Of a DNA stretch of 50,941 nucleotides, positions 23,331 through 35,954 are shown piece by piece (the first letter of the stretch is position 1; the number at the start of each line of letters is the position of its first letter). Origin of the DNA: Sphaeroforma arctica JP610 (Eukaryota); assembly GCF_001186125.1 (NCBI RefSeq), contig NW_014040521.1:34561-85501 (forward strand), read 5' to 3'. The notes under the pieces are model-generated. The model did no database searches. It was given only the letters and a program-made list of their open reading frames with translations, and was not told the DNA's origin. The position numbers and the translations under genes are program-made.

Positions 23331-25330
23331 ATGTCTATATTTTCGGGATATACGCACCAGACTATCCACACGTGTGTGAATGGCGTTGAGCTTAGTAAAT
23401 ATCTAGCTGCTGGCGTTCACATAGACACGCGGGATGAAAAAGATCAAACCGTGCTTATGATCGCTTCAGCGTAAAACCCTAAAATGTATCAGTCACGGAT
23501 AAAGAAGACTTGACCGCGCTACACTACGCAGTTAGGAAATCGAAGCATGCATGAAAGCTTGGTGCCAACGTATCAGTCACGGATAAAGAAGGCTTGACTG
23601 CGCTACACTTCGCAGTTAGGAACTCGAAGCATGCATGCTTAAAGCTTTCAATATACAATATCTTGCCGACGTAAATCTTAAGGACAAAAGAAATAGAAGT
23701 GCTCTTCACGATGCTGCTCAAATAGGATGTTTGATGAATCTAGGTACTTTGTGCGAGGCTGGAGCGGATTTAAACACGAAAGACGAGGTATGCAGCAAAT
23801 TAACGTGACAACGCGAATGATTTTTTTTTCAATTCTTTATTAGAATGTTCATGGTCAACTCTTGATCACGTGCGACTGCGAGTGGAATGGCTCTTTGTGT
23901 GTTACTCAGGTCCATGGAATTCGTGAATGGTTGGGTCTTTGGAGTTTTGGTATAAAGTGTGGTTCCGTGCAGCTATTTTTGATTATATGTAGCAGTATCA
24001 AAAGGCTTCGAATGTTGTGCGTGTAGTCAACACGACAAGAGATAAAAAATCGTGTTGGGTTGCTATTGTAATCTCTGCGATTTAAAGGATAACATATACA
24101 TCCCTGATGCGCTTGAAATTTCTCGCACGGTGTCCGATAGCGGATTAATTAAGCTGACCGAGAACAGATCTACTCGTGTGATAGAATGAACTACATATAT
24201 TTGAAACAGTTGGTGCGAAAGGCTTGTTAAGCGGATGTTTGCATTGCGATCGTATAAAGCCAAAGCTAAAAAGAGCGCATATGCAAACGATTTTTTGTTC
24301 GTTGACTGTTGCGGCTAGTAGTAAATGCTGTTAGAAACGGACAGAAGGGCCTTACACATGTGTTACAAATGCATGGGCGAGTCTACCTGTTTCCGAGGTT
24401 GAACTCAATATTGCGTTGTGTAATGATGGTATAATTAAGCAGAACGATTGTACTGGTATACACTGGACGTCTAGTAGAGACAATGCCGAAGGCGTTAAGT
24501 TTTTGACGATGAATGGCAGCAACACTGAAATACCAGATAAGGTAAATCAACTCGGGCTTTTATGTTTTCTTCCCCTACTTGAGAATTGTGTAGACATCTA
24601 TTGGCTGCGATTATTCACGCATTTTTTTGTGGTACAGTTATTTGCTTATGGTAGATTGTTTTTGCGGGTTGACCACTATTATATCACAGCGGTACATGCA
24701 CATCCATGTACACAAGTAATCCAATATAGAGTTTCGAAGTTTCAATTTCAAACTAGTGTGATACTATGGCTCGTCATTGCATATGTAGAATTGCCAGATT
24801 CGTATTCGTGTTTCAATTTAAAAAATCAATTCTATAGCAAGGCTGGACTGCACTCCACTGGGCATGTTTATTGGATAATCTAGAGGTGGTGGAAACATTG
24901 ATCGCCCTTGGATCGCACGTTGGAGCTCGTGATAAGAAGAACTGGCAACCGCTACACTGTGCTGCACACAACGGGCATGTTCGGGTTATTGGGTGTCTGA
25001 TAGAGAACGGTGCCGACGTCCATGCTTTGGATGAGGTTTGCAAGCCAGTTCGTGGTTATCTATTTAGGTTCAATATTCCTATTATCGATATCTGTAACGT
25101 TTATGTTTCTGAAGAAGCTAGCATCTGAAACGAAATAGCTGATGAAATTTAAAAATAGGACTTAATACTGGACTTGATTTACATCATAATCAATAGGGAG
25201 GCCAAAATGCACAACAATTTGCGAAGAGTCGGCGGAACAACGACGCTGCTGTAGTGCTAGGAAAAGCTGTGCTTGTAGAAGCGACATCTCCATCACAGTC
25301 GCTAGAAAGGCCAAATATATGTACATGATT
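23331..25330 (+). pseudogene. Ankyrin-repeat gene with disrupted first exon (probable pseudogene)
   Basis: Exon 1 (~23331-23787) has GVHIDTRDEKDQTVLMIAS*, VTDKEGLTALHFAV and DKRNRSALHDAA..LCEAGADLNTKDE, with TAA at 23472, TGA near 23552 and frameshifts. Clean phase-0 exons follow: 24443-24541 (99 nt), 24838-25035 (198 nt; GWTALHWAC, NWQPLHCAAHNGH..LIENGADV) and one starting at 25197. The 3' end is uncertain. Confidence 0.8.
23486..23637 (+). repeat. Recent tandem duplication of an ankyrin segment (68-bp core, 84-nt period)
   Basis: gtatcagtcacggataaagaag[a/g]cttgac[c/t]gcgctacact[a/t]cgcagttaggaa[a/c]tcgaagcatgcatg at 23486 and 23570 (4 mismatches). Confidence 0.9.
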
Positions 25331-26702
25331 CATCAGCACACAAAAAATTCCGCGCAGTATGTGGCGAGGTGTTATTGTGGTCTTCGTCCTGTTGCAAACG
25401 TGATATCACTGTATAGTGTATTGGCGTGTGCCATAGTCATATTGCAACCTCATACTGCTGTCGCATTCATACGTTTTCTCATACAGTGCGAGTTGATATC
25501 TGAGTGAGGGCCCGAGAAGCTCGCCTCAGCTAATCTTCTAGAGGGTGCAGGAAGGATGGAAAAGTATGCACTTGCCACATATTGAACTACTGTGGCACTA
25601 TTCAGAGTACGACACAACATCTAACAATTTCGAATCTTTTCAAGTCCGGATGGGAGCCACAATCGGGACAATCAAGGGAGACCGATCGTCAACAACCTAC
25701 TGGAACAAGTACAACCTACCGATTTTGTTCAAGCCGAATCAAACCGAGATACGAAAATACAGCCATTTGTAGCACACTTTGCATCACCCCTCTACTCAAA
25801 GACGCTCTCTCGAGCACAAATCGATCCTTGCGATAGGATAGCAAGCGTATGCTCACACAGCAATAGTTGTTCTATGTCTATTTGAATTGGTGCGGGTAGA
25901 AACTCAAGCCAACACAACCACCTTCTGAGTGTAGTCTGCTCAAGTACACCTCAACTGTAGTTGCATCATTCAAACATTTATATCATACAGAATGCATGTC
26001 ACGTTATGAAAGACTACTATTTGGCACACCAACAGCAAAAACAAATGATGCTGCGGCCAAACACTTGAACCTTTGAAGTGAGGCGCTGCTTAGTGTTGGC
26101 AATATCCTATAATCCTTTCTGACAGTTAAGGATCGATTCGAGCCAAGGGTAGATAGGATCAGCATTTCTTGAGTGAGACGAGCAAACATCGAATCTAAAT
26201 TGTCATCCAGAAACAAACTTTCGCAACTGATATTTTTAATTGGTTGTATTGGGCCTATTTTGCCTGACGACTCATTTAAAGTTATTCATTGCGTTCCGAA
26301 GGTCAAGTCCTACTTTCCGATCTTAATGGAAGCGTCACAGGCATCTGTGGCCGAAAGATGGCATGCACGTGGCGCACACCATCTCAAGGCGATAATTCCC
26401 ATTTGTACCGTTGGGAGGCCGTTGAATAGGGAGAGTATAAAATCCTCCAGGCTTGTAGTAGCCGCGATCAGCCCTTCTTTTACTACGCTCCCAACTCCAT
26501 TGCTTCCTCTTATTAGTACGCACAATCATAATTTGTGTCGTAGACTTGTACCTCCCATGTTATCGAGTATATTTAAACCGAATCAGGATGGCGTGCACTC
26601 GATCTCATTTCTCTATCTACGATCACAAGCCAATCAGACCATGTCGAGCTTGGAAGTTGTGAACCATGCCCTGCCGACGCTTTGACAAGCAAATGTGTCG
26701 TT

Positions 26703-28161
26703 TTAGTTGCCCCTTTCGTCATCCCCAGCGTCCACATTCACTACTTCTCGGTGCTGAGGCCCAAAGTGCGTAGTCAGCAGTTGCCTATACACATCAGCAT
26801 CTCTATCCGAAAATACAGTGAAGATAATGCCGTCGATCGCATCATTGTTATCGCCCTCTTCCAACCATCGTTTGGTAGTAGACAGAGCTACTTCGGTCGC
26901 TTTTTCTATAGGGTACATAAATACACCCGTAGATATCGAACAAAATGCCAGAGAACGTATATTGTTCGTTTTCGCAAGATTCAGACAAGACGCATAGCAG
27001 CTCTCTAACTTATCCGGTTTCTCACCGATAGGGCCTACAGTGTGGATAATGTGTTTGGCTGGAAGATTGTAGCCTTTGGTTAGACGAGCTTCACCCGTGG
27101 GACATCGAACTCTCGGTCTAACCTGAAAGGAGCGGGGAAAGCATAAGGTGTAAGCACAATATCAAAATCTGTCAAAACACAGGTCAAGACGGACAACTGT
27201 AGGTGATAAAATAGAAAAATAACGGTCTAATCGGTTTGGGTTGCCCGCTCGCAGGTTTGTTGATTTGACCAAACACTTGCTCGTATATTCGCGTAGCTTA
27301 CAGACGTATCGTCCGGGCGTTCCCGAGGTACCAGAGTAAGCTTATGTTAGGTGTCAGGGTCGAGATTGCAACTATGAGTGCCTATTTCCATGAAGCAACA
27401 CGTAATCTCACCAATAATTACGGCAGGGTTTAGTGTGTACTCAAAGCCGATGTTATTCACAATATTAAAACCCATATACATCTTGTAGTACCCAACACAA
27501 GCTCTGAGATAACCTTGCGTCGATTCACCCAGACTAACACACTCGGAGGTTGCTAAATATGATGATCAATAGAAATAGAACACATGTACGCCATCCAAGG
27601 GATACAAGTCGTCGCCACTTTAATATACAAATATGCATGATTGGCGCTCGCAGCCATGCTCCTAAGAACAGCCTGTGAATTTCAAAGCCGCGTGGGATTT
27701 TGGTAGAACGACACCAACGTTGAGATAGTACAATATGCAAATAGTATTCGTATCGTATTGCAAAGATATTACTTGCTATTGTCTCATATGATATACAGCC
27801 ATATACGAATTCACATTGCCAATATCAAGTTCGCTTACAAGGAAAAAACCCCACCGATATAGCAGGTACAAGTTTACAGGGTCAATACGTATTCGTTACA
27901 CCATCAAAACCTCCACAAAATAGGTATGTCACGTGCAGAAGACACCCATACCTGTTCAACACGCTCGCACTCGTCATACAAATCTCGGCCTGCAGCGCGG
28001 TGGATGGCTCCGTCTATGCCACCACCGCCAAGCATGCGCTCGTTGGCTGCGTTCACGATTGCATCTACTTGCAACTTGGTCGAATCACCTCTGTATAAAA
28101 ACACCTTCTTTGCGATGGGAGTAGTACCCCAGCTTCTCAGTTGATTTAGTTTCACGTACAT
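26703..28161 (-). CDS. MacroD-type macrodomain protein (ADP-ribosylhydrolase / O-acetyl-ADP-ribose deacetylase family), ~209 aa
   Basis: Exons 27952-28161 and 26703-27122. Motifs: [82 protein letters not shown]. An upstream exon is possible (AG acceptor near 28190). Confidence 0.93.
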
Positions 28162-28194
28162 AATAATTTTTTTCTTGACGATGTAGGCCTGTTA

Positions 28195-28235
28195 ACTGTC
28201 TGCACGCGACACTGTCTGCACGCGACACTGTCTGC
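28195..28235. repeat. 16-bp tandem repeat x2.5 in the divergent promoter
   Basis: (ACTGTCTGCACGCGAC)2 ACTGTCTGC. Confidence 0.9.
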
Positions 28236-28453
28236 TTAAAGGTTGCATTCGTGTATGTATAAATGTATTTAGCGTATGCGTGTTTGCAAATATCCCATGA
28301 AAAAAGCCGAAATTACGATAGTAAATTTTCATCACACATGACGATTTGAAGCGTACGAAATATATTTTACAAAAAAGGCATTTCATTGCCTTTGATGAAC
28401 GCACACGTACAAACATTGCCCACGAAAACAGGACAGTCTATTCACTACACACT

Positions 28454-29414
28454 ATGGGCAGATCGTCGAAAACGGCCAAACGGTCGAAGTTCGCGGGGAA
28501 GAATGTTGAAGTGACCAAGCCTACTATCTTCAAGAAAGGTAGGTGAACAAACCCGTGACTTATTGTTGTTTAGTACTACTGACAGTGGTGTGATCGACCC
28601 AACCAGTGCAAAAATGTGTGTTTAGTATGCGCCGTTTCGAAGTGGGGTTATGATATCACGCAGTAGCACTGACGTAGATTGCGTGAGAATGAACGGCTTA
28701 TGAAACAGATTGCCTGTCACTTGACACTAGTTTCACTATCGAATGGTGTCTGCATCAACTTGCGATTGGTTCTGCTATCGGACAACTTGTGTGAAACGAA
28801 TTTTAATTGTGTTTCACACACATGTGATATGTGTCTGACCTGAGGTGTATATTGTGTGGAGGCATTACGTACCACATCCAGTTACCATTTACTTAGTGAA
28901 TATATATATAGCGAGTGAACGTGGCTTGGGACTTTATGCTTGAAGACCTGTTTGTCTGTGCTATCGATTAAGAATTATTAGGTCAATCCAATGGCGTAGA
29001 CGAATTTCTGCAATGTATTACCTCCGCCTACCCATAGAGTACAAGTTGATCAAAAAGAGGAACAGACTAGCAACATTACAGCAGCGCACGTTTAAACAAC
29101 TGCACCACTTTCATTTTATAAAGCCGTGTTCATCCTGGCAATCATTCGGAGATTTAACTCATACGCACGGAGAAAGTCATCGTAAGCATCGATGCTCAGA
29201 TATATAATTACTGTGCGAATCCTCAGATGTGGCTGTAAAAGGAGGACGATCCGGCGTACAGAAGAAGAAAGAAGTTTTGACGAAAGTGCTTAAGGGCAAA
29301 CCGAAACGAGGAAGTTCGGCAGCGGACGCGGCCACTAATGCATGGACCAAGGCTGCCAAGGGGTTCGGCGCAAAGAGGAGTACAAGTGGCAATACCACAG
29401 ATATGCAAGAATAG
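28454..29414 (+). CDS. Small Lys/Arg-rich hypothetical protein, 90 aa, 2 exons
   Basis: Exons 28454-28538 (donor GTAGGT) and 29227-29414 (acceptor CTCAG) join in phase 1: MGRSSKTAKRSKFAGKNVEVTKPTIFKKDVAVKGGRSGVQKKKEVLTKVLKGKPKRGSS...TTDMQE. Confidence 0.7.
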
Positions 29415-30123
29415 TTATAGAATATATTAATTTAGTCTAGTTATATACTACCTTGAGTGTAGCAGAGCCATTGGATATGCACGGGACCGAGTAAAAATTG
29501 GTCTGCTTGTACAGTGTGTGCCTGGCGAAGGGTCGATTCCAAAAGCCAACATCTCAGTGCATAGCTAATTATGGTTGGAAAAAAATAAAGTAGTTGGCAA
29601 ACTTCGGCCAGAAAACAACAGATATAGTGCCATCCAGTTAATTTAATCGCTCCTTTACCGCGGAGACATCATAGATCCACTGGTCAAGAATTGTATTCGA
29701 TAGAATAATTCCCAGCATGAGAACGTGTGTTGCCATATCACGGAGCACCTTCCTGAACTTGCGTAGTTGTACATATGCATACGAATAATTATGGCGAAAC
29801 GGGAACACACGAGGCAACTGTGCACGCATATATCCCACACGAACGAATAGATGTCGCAAATAATTAAATCGGTTATGAAACGGATGCACAATGGTTTGCA
29901 CCAGATGATGGATATGTTGCATCCGATACTTGGCCTTATGCGCAGAGGCGATAACCGAGAAAGAATCAGGTTGGAGATTGTTTTATTTTCGACAACGGAA
30001 TGTTTGCAAAAAGTCAACGGCATCTAAGTAACAGAGTCGTCCTGCGAACGCGTTCCTTAATAGCTGTTCCAATTCCTGGCCAATCGCAGTTATTAATTAT
30101 ACAGCGTGTGGGTGCACGATGAT

Positions 30124-33078
30124 CTACTCCTTCCTTATGCAGGTGTCAGGGATGGAATCTAAAAAGTCTCCACTTTCTTGCATCTCCTGTGGCATCCCAT
30201 AGAAATAAACCAATAAACAATACATCTCATTAGTATATATACTTTAGCACTAGGCAGGTTGTAACCTCAAAAAAAAAAAGTACTAGCAGATTGTAGCCTC
30301 ATAGAAAATTAGTACCAATCCATTGCGAAGGAACAGAGAGGCGACGGGTAGAAACTGTTGGGCATGCACAAGCTGACGATCACGAATAGAACACGGCGAG
30401 CTTATCGTGAGGCAAAGTACGTACCTTCAGGATATCCAGACCACCTACGAGCTCACCTTCCACGTACAGTTGTGGAAATGTGGGCCACTGCGAGTAGATC
30501 TGAATTTGAAAGAAAGCGAAAAGCTCGAATATTTAGAATGATACATCCAGTCCCACGCCCTGTGGTAGAAGCTCGTGCATAATCCAGCCAAAGAAACAAA
30601 TATACAAGTCATCCACATGAGGAGGTTTACTAAACGATATTTATAAGAAAATAACACAACACGCACGTAAAATATATATAGAGAAAATGCGATGCCGACC
30701 ACCGCACACACACACTTAAGCTATCTGCATTGCTACTTCGAGTGTCTTTGCAGATGCACACGTAAATATACCTTCAAATCAGCGCGCACATCGGGATTGA
30801 CCAGGATGTTGACAGTCTCGTATATGATGTTCTCACTTTCTAGCAGAGAGATCACTTGCCTCGAGAAGCCACACTCCGGTACATCTGGCGAACCCTGTGT
30901 TTGTAATGCGAAGACAGAGAAGGATCAGATAACTGTTTAGCGCAAATATAAGATTCGTATGGCCGCACTGTGTTTCCATATAAAGCGCCTACGCTCTTGT
31001 GAATTAGAGAAGTGGGGCACTAACATAAGCTGACTTTCTAGGTAAGGAAAGAAGGGTCACGGATGCTATTCATGCTGATGCGGAAGGAGAGAGAGGACAA
31101 TCCACGGAGTCTTGACCACGTCGATACTGAATTAGCCATATAAGACCTACAGTGCACTAGATATGTGCTATCCATTACACCAGCTCACACACCTTAAACA
31201 CCCACACCTTGATATTCTATGGCGGGCTAGAAGAATCGAACGACAACATTCTCAACCTCATCCTGTATTCTGTACACACTCATAAGCACAAACAATACAA
31301 CCCCATCAAACACGAGTCACATTCCGCACACATCCATACGTTCCATACCTTCATAAAGAGAACCACAGGTGCTTTGTTGATGATGGGTACTAGATACTCG
31401 TAGGACTCGTGTGTGCGCTCCTCTGTGGTGGCGGCCGCCGGGGTGATTGTGGCCTTCGGCTTCTCTTTCTTGGGTACCATCTCCTCAAAGTCCCCATTCT
31501 CAATTAACTCTTTGATGATATCTATTCCACCAACAAGCTCACCTTTGACGTACAGCTGGGGATATGTGGCCCAGTCAGAGTATGTCTTCAGCCCTAATAT
31601 TCATAAGTATAAAAGATGGTTCGTATATGTTAAGAATACGTTTCGTGTGTTTGAATGCAACAACAGCATATTCTCTATGTAAGTACATACTGAAAAACTC
31701 TAATACAGCACAATACACGAGGGAGATACGATATGCTGTATATATAAACAAAGCGGGTTCTATTTATCAGCTGGTAGCACCAGCAATATATTGTTACTTT
31801 ATATAACTGCATATGCGTAATGAAGCCGAAAAAGATTCCTAGATCCGCTCCCAAAATTAACAATTGCCCGTTATACGACCCAATACTTCCCACACCGATA
31901 TTGGTGTATTGATCATACCTTGTCGAACGTCGTTGTCCTCAAGAATATCGAAAGTCTCGTAATCCACATTTTCTGCATTTAGGATCTCGATTGTTTGGCG
32001 ACTGAATCCGCAACGAGGTGTAGCACGATCACCTGCGATACACATGTGTGCAAGAGAATCAGTACGGCATAAAACGTTTGCGCTAGAATATGCTTTCACG
32101 AATCCTATGCAACATGCCAACGACCATAAACGCACAAGCTAACGCTGAACACACTGTAACGATAGTCGCACCCGGAACTAGCAGAAAGGTATATATGCTA
32201 AAGTGTACGTGTTGCATGATATGACCAAGAACTTCCGAATCGAATAACATAGGTATACGCTTGTAAGAATATAGACAACCGAATACACGGCACGTGAGGA
32301 ACTGAGGAAAACAAAAGAGAGGAAGGAGACACATAGGCTGGTGGACTGGCGCAAGGGGTGACGGATCATATGCGCAAGGGACATCGACCGCTCGCGACAA
32401 CATGATACACGGCAGATACAAAGGACAATGCTGTTGCATTCCGGGAATAGGTGAGATGAAGCGAGGCAGATATGACACTACCAAAGCTATCTGCGCACCT
32501 TTCATAAACAGCATGACATCGGCCTTGTTGACAAGTTCACCCAAACGCGTGTTTAGATCCTTCTCTACTACAGCACCCTTTGGTACAGATGCGGTCACTC
32601 CAGTGCTGTGCTTCTCCAGAAGTTTGACCAAGTCAGCAGCCACTGCCGTTTGTAGTCGATCGCATTCCTGAATAGATTGTCAACAGGAAAAGGTGTTGGT
32701 CCACAATATACACGATTACATTGATTGGAATGCCACATACAATTTCAACGAACGAATATAGGTGCAGAAGGCACGAAGCATATTGGTATGCAGGTTGATA
32801 TAGTGACAAGGAGACAGCCTCACAAAGAGCCATGCTACCGTGATATGTCTATTATGCTGTTTTGTGGACAGCAGTAAGATGTAAAGCGATCAATACGTCC
32901 TTTCTGCATATACACAAGGCAGTCAACAAGAACACTTTAAGCACATGCATACTATATGAGGTCAGCCAATCTCTCCATCACATCTTAAAAATGTGGTTAT
33001 ACCAAGAAGCTAAACTCGCTGGACCTCAGTAATATATATATATATATATATGTGTGTATATGCCATACACACAAGTGT

Positions 33079-33110
<32 letters not shown>

Positions 33111-33584
33111 CTATATATATATCTATACGTGCGTATCTGAATATGTAGCTAAAAATATAATAAAAATACCACACATGAATATATACCTCCTATAAATATA
33201 TCAATTTATATATATATATGCTTGCTTTTGAATCAAAAACTTACTTATACGTCAAGGGATATATAATATAATTTACATACGTACATATAGATAAGCACAT
33301 AAACAAGCCTAACTACATCAATACAAACTAATATATGTATATATGCACGCATACACACAATATATATATATATATATAAACAATAAAAATAAATAAATAA
33401 TCACATATATATTATACACACACACACTCACACACACAAGCACACAAGCACACGTATATATAACTAAAAATATAAATAAATAAATAAACAAATAAATAAA
33501 TAAATAAATAAAGATATATATATATTTATATATACACATATACAAATGCAAATACACACACACACACACACACACACACATATC

Positions 33585-33616
<32 letters not shown>

Positions 33617-33641
33617 CATATATTTGCACACACACACACAG

Positions 33642-33672
<31 letters not shown>

Positions 33673-33936
33673 CATATAGNNNNNNNNNNNNNNNNNNNNT
33701 ATATACACATATATACACACATAAATTTATACATATATATATACATACATATAAATACATACACATATTTATTCATATACATACATACATATATGTATAT
33801 TAATATATATTTATAAATATACGTAAATCAATAAAACATACGCAACATGTGCACACTCACACACTCGCACATATGTATATATATATATAAATATACATAT
33901 ACACACAAACACACACACACACACAAACAAACAAAC

Positions 33937-33967
<31 letters not shown>

Positions 33968-34131
33968 AATATTGACGCTGACAGGCAGGGGCGACTTTTT
34001 AAAACTATATATTTTCATCGCTGATATTCTGTACATATTAAAGCGCTAAATATTAGATTCAGACATAGATACACACACACACACACATATATATATATAC
34101 ATATACATATACGTACACACACACACGCACG

Positions 34132-34191
<60 letters not shown>

Positions 34192-34629
34192 CGTAAATAC
34201 TAGTGCAAGTATAAAAATACATGTATAATAATGAGTAATGGCATATATTAGAAGGAAGAATAGACTCAGACAAATACATAGATCTGAATTATATGCAGGA
34301 TAACCATTTGACGATATCGTACACCAAGTGTACACAAAGGGCATACGAAAGTACAATACCTTGTTATTCTTTAGGAACACAACTGTGGGCACTGCGGTGA
34401 TATCGTACTCCTCTGAGATCTCGCTGAGTTCTTCGGCATCGATCTTAATCATTGTGACATGAGGGTATTTCTTAGCTGCAGTTTCCAGTACTTCGTTCAT
34501 GTATACACTAGCCTTAGCCCAGGGCGCCCAGAAGTGTACACAAGTAAGACCGCCGGGATGCTCTTTCACGGTGGTGTTGAATGTAGCCTCATCCTCACAT
34601 GAGATTACGGTACCTGGTGCAGACATCAT
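30124..34629 (-). CDS. GLRX3: Multidomain monothiol glutaredoxin (Trx-like + 2 CGFS Grx domains; GLRX3/PICOT/Grx3-4), ~352 aa
   Basis: Exons 34360-34629, 32499-32667, 31919-32032, 31349-31593, 30772-30894, 30425-30499, 30124-30186. Motifs: [33 protein letters not shown]...PRCGFSRQ...[34 protein letters not shown]...[24 protein letters not shown]. Confidence 0.96.
33031..34200. repeat. Compound (TA)n/(CA)n/(AAAT)n microsatellite tract in GLRX3 intron 1
   Basis: Directly visible; includes a 20-N gap at 33680-33699. Confidence 0.95.
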
Positions 34630-35147
34630 AGTTGCAACTAAAGATTAATATTCTACGGTCTAGGTGTTCAGAAGTCTTTCAGTCTCGTATCATAAACAAG
34701 GAGCTGATAGTTCAATATATATATAAATATATACATATATCTATACGGACACGTATCCGTGCCGATATAAAAATAAATAGCATGTACCGCGCGTACACAT
34801 TTTGCTGCAGGACCCTATGACGCGATACATTTCCAACACCTTTTCATGGTCGCTGTCACAAATTATATTTACGTTCTAATTTCATGCTAATTTGCCTGAT
34901 GATCCTTATCGATCAGGATAATTTACGACAAATCTGTGTCTGTCACGTGTACGATAGTCGAACTAAATATGAATATCATATTTTGTGTTTCTGTACAGGC
35001 GCTTCTTTACGGATGGTAACTATGCCACAATCGCCCGGTTTAGCATTTACAATCATTATAGAAGTTCGACTCGGCTTGCATATATACACATACAAACACC
35101 TACACATATAGATATAGGTACCCACATATACACATACTCGTTGAATC

Positions 35148-35920
35148 ATGGCGAAAGCAGGGCAGAGAAAAAAGAAGCGCACACACGTAGTCTCAGCTGA
35201 GAAGAATGTACCTAGATCATTTGTAATTCACACAGGCACAGTGTCGCAGCCCGTAGAACAATTAGAAAGAGATGTTCGGTCAGTGATGGAGCCATACACA
35301 GCAACCTCGCTTAAGGTCAGCAAAAAGAATGTGATCAAGGATTTTGTATCAATCGCTGGACCCATGGGAGTCACACACTTCATGGTATTCGGACAGACAG
35401 ACAGTGGGGTAAATATGCGATTAGCTCGACTACCACGAGGACCTACAGCCACGTTCAGGGTATCGGAATATGCATTACATACAGACGTACAAGCACAGCA
35501 AAAGCGGCCAAAATCGATAAGTACGGAGAATAGGCACGCAGCGTTGCTGATCCTGAACAATTTCTCGAAGGAGAAATTTCATCACAAACTGCTGTCGACA
35601 CTATTCCAAAATATGTTCCCGGCATTAGATATACAAAGACTAAACTTAAACGATGTACAGAGGTGCGTGTTAGTTAATTACGTAGAGGAGACGAATACTT
35701 ATGAATATAGGCATTACAGAGTAAGTGTGCAAGCGACGGGGGTATCACGATCGGTGAAGAAGATTATACAGTCACGCATACCGAATTTAGGTAAGTACAT
35801 GCAATATGCTGTGTCCTGGAAATTACATTTGTGCTTCTCTTGCGTCATCGAGCTTGAGTGCAACGCACTGTATGATGGCAATGTAAATACATACCTTCGC
35901 AATTACAAGCAATTGTGTAT

Positions 35921-35954
<34 letters not shown>

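Noticed and set aside
23471..23492. 22-nt GT..AG mini-intron that would remove the first ankyrin stop
   Set aside because: Far shorter than any other intron here, and it does not fix the later TGA and frameshift.
25480..26690. Several 60-170 aa ORFs between the ankyrin and macrodomain genes
   Set aside because: No motif or consistent splice chain; probably UTR or decayed sequence.
29638..30023. Minus ORFs of 94 and 122 aa
   Set aside because: No recognisable features; they lie in the convergent 3'UTR zone of GLRX3 and the basic orphan.
30358..30582. 74-aa plus-strand ORF that looks protein-like
   Set aside because: Antisense shadow of GLRX3 exon 30425-30499.
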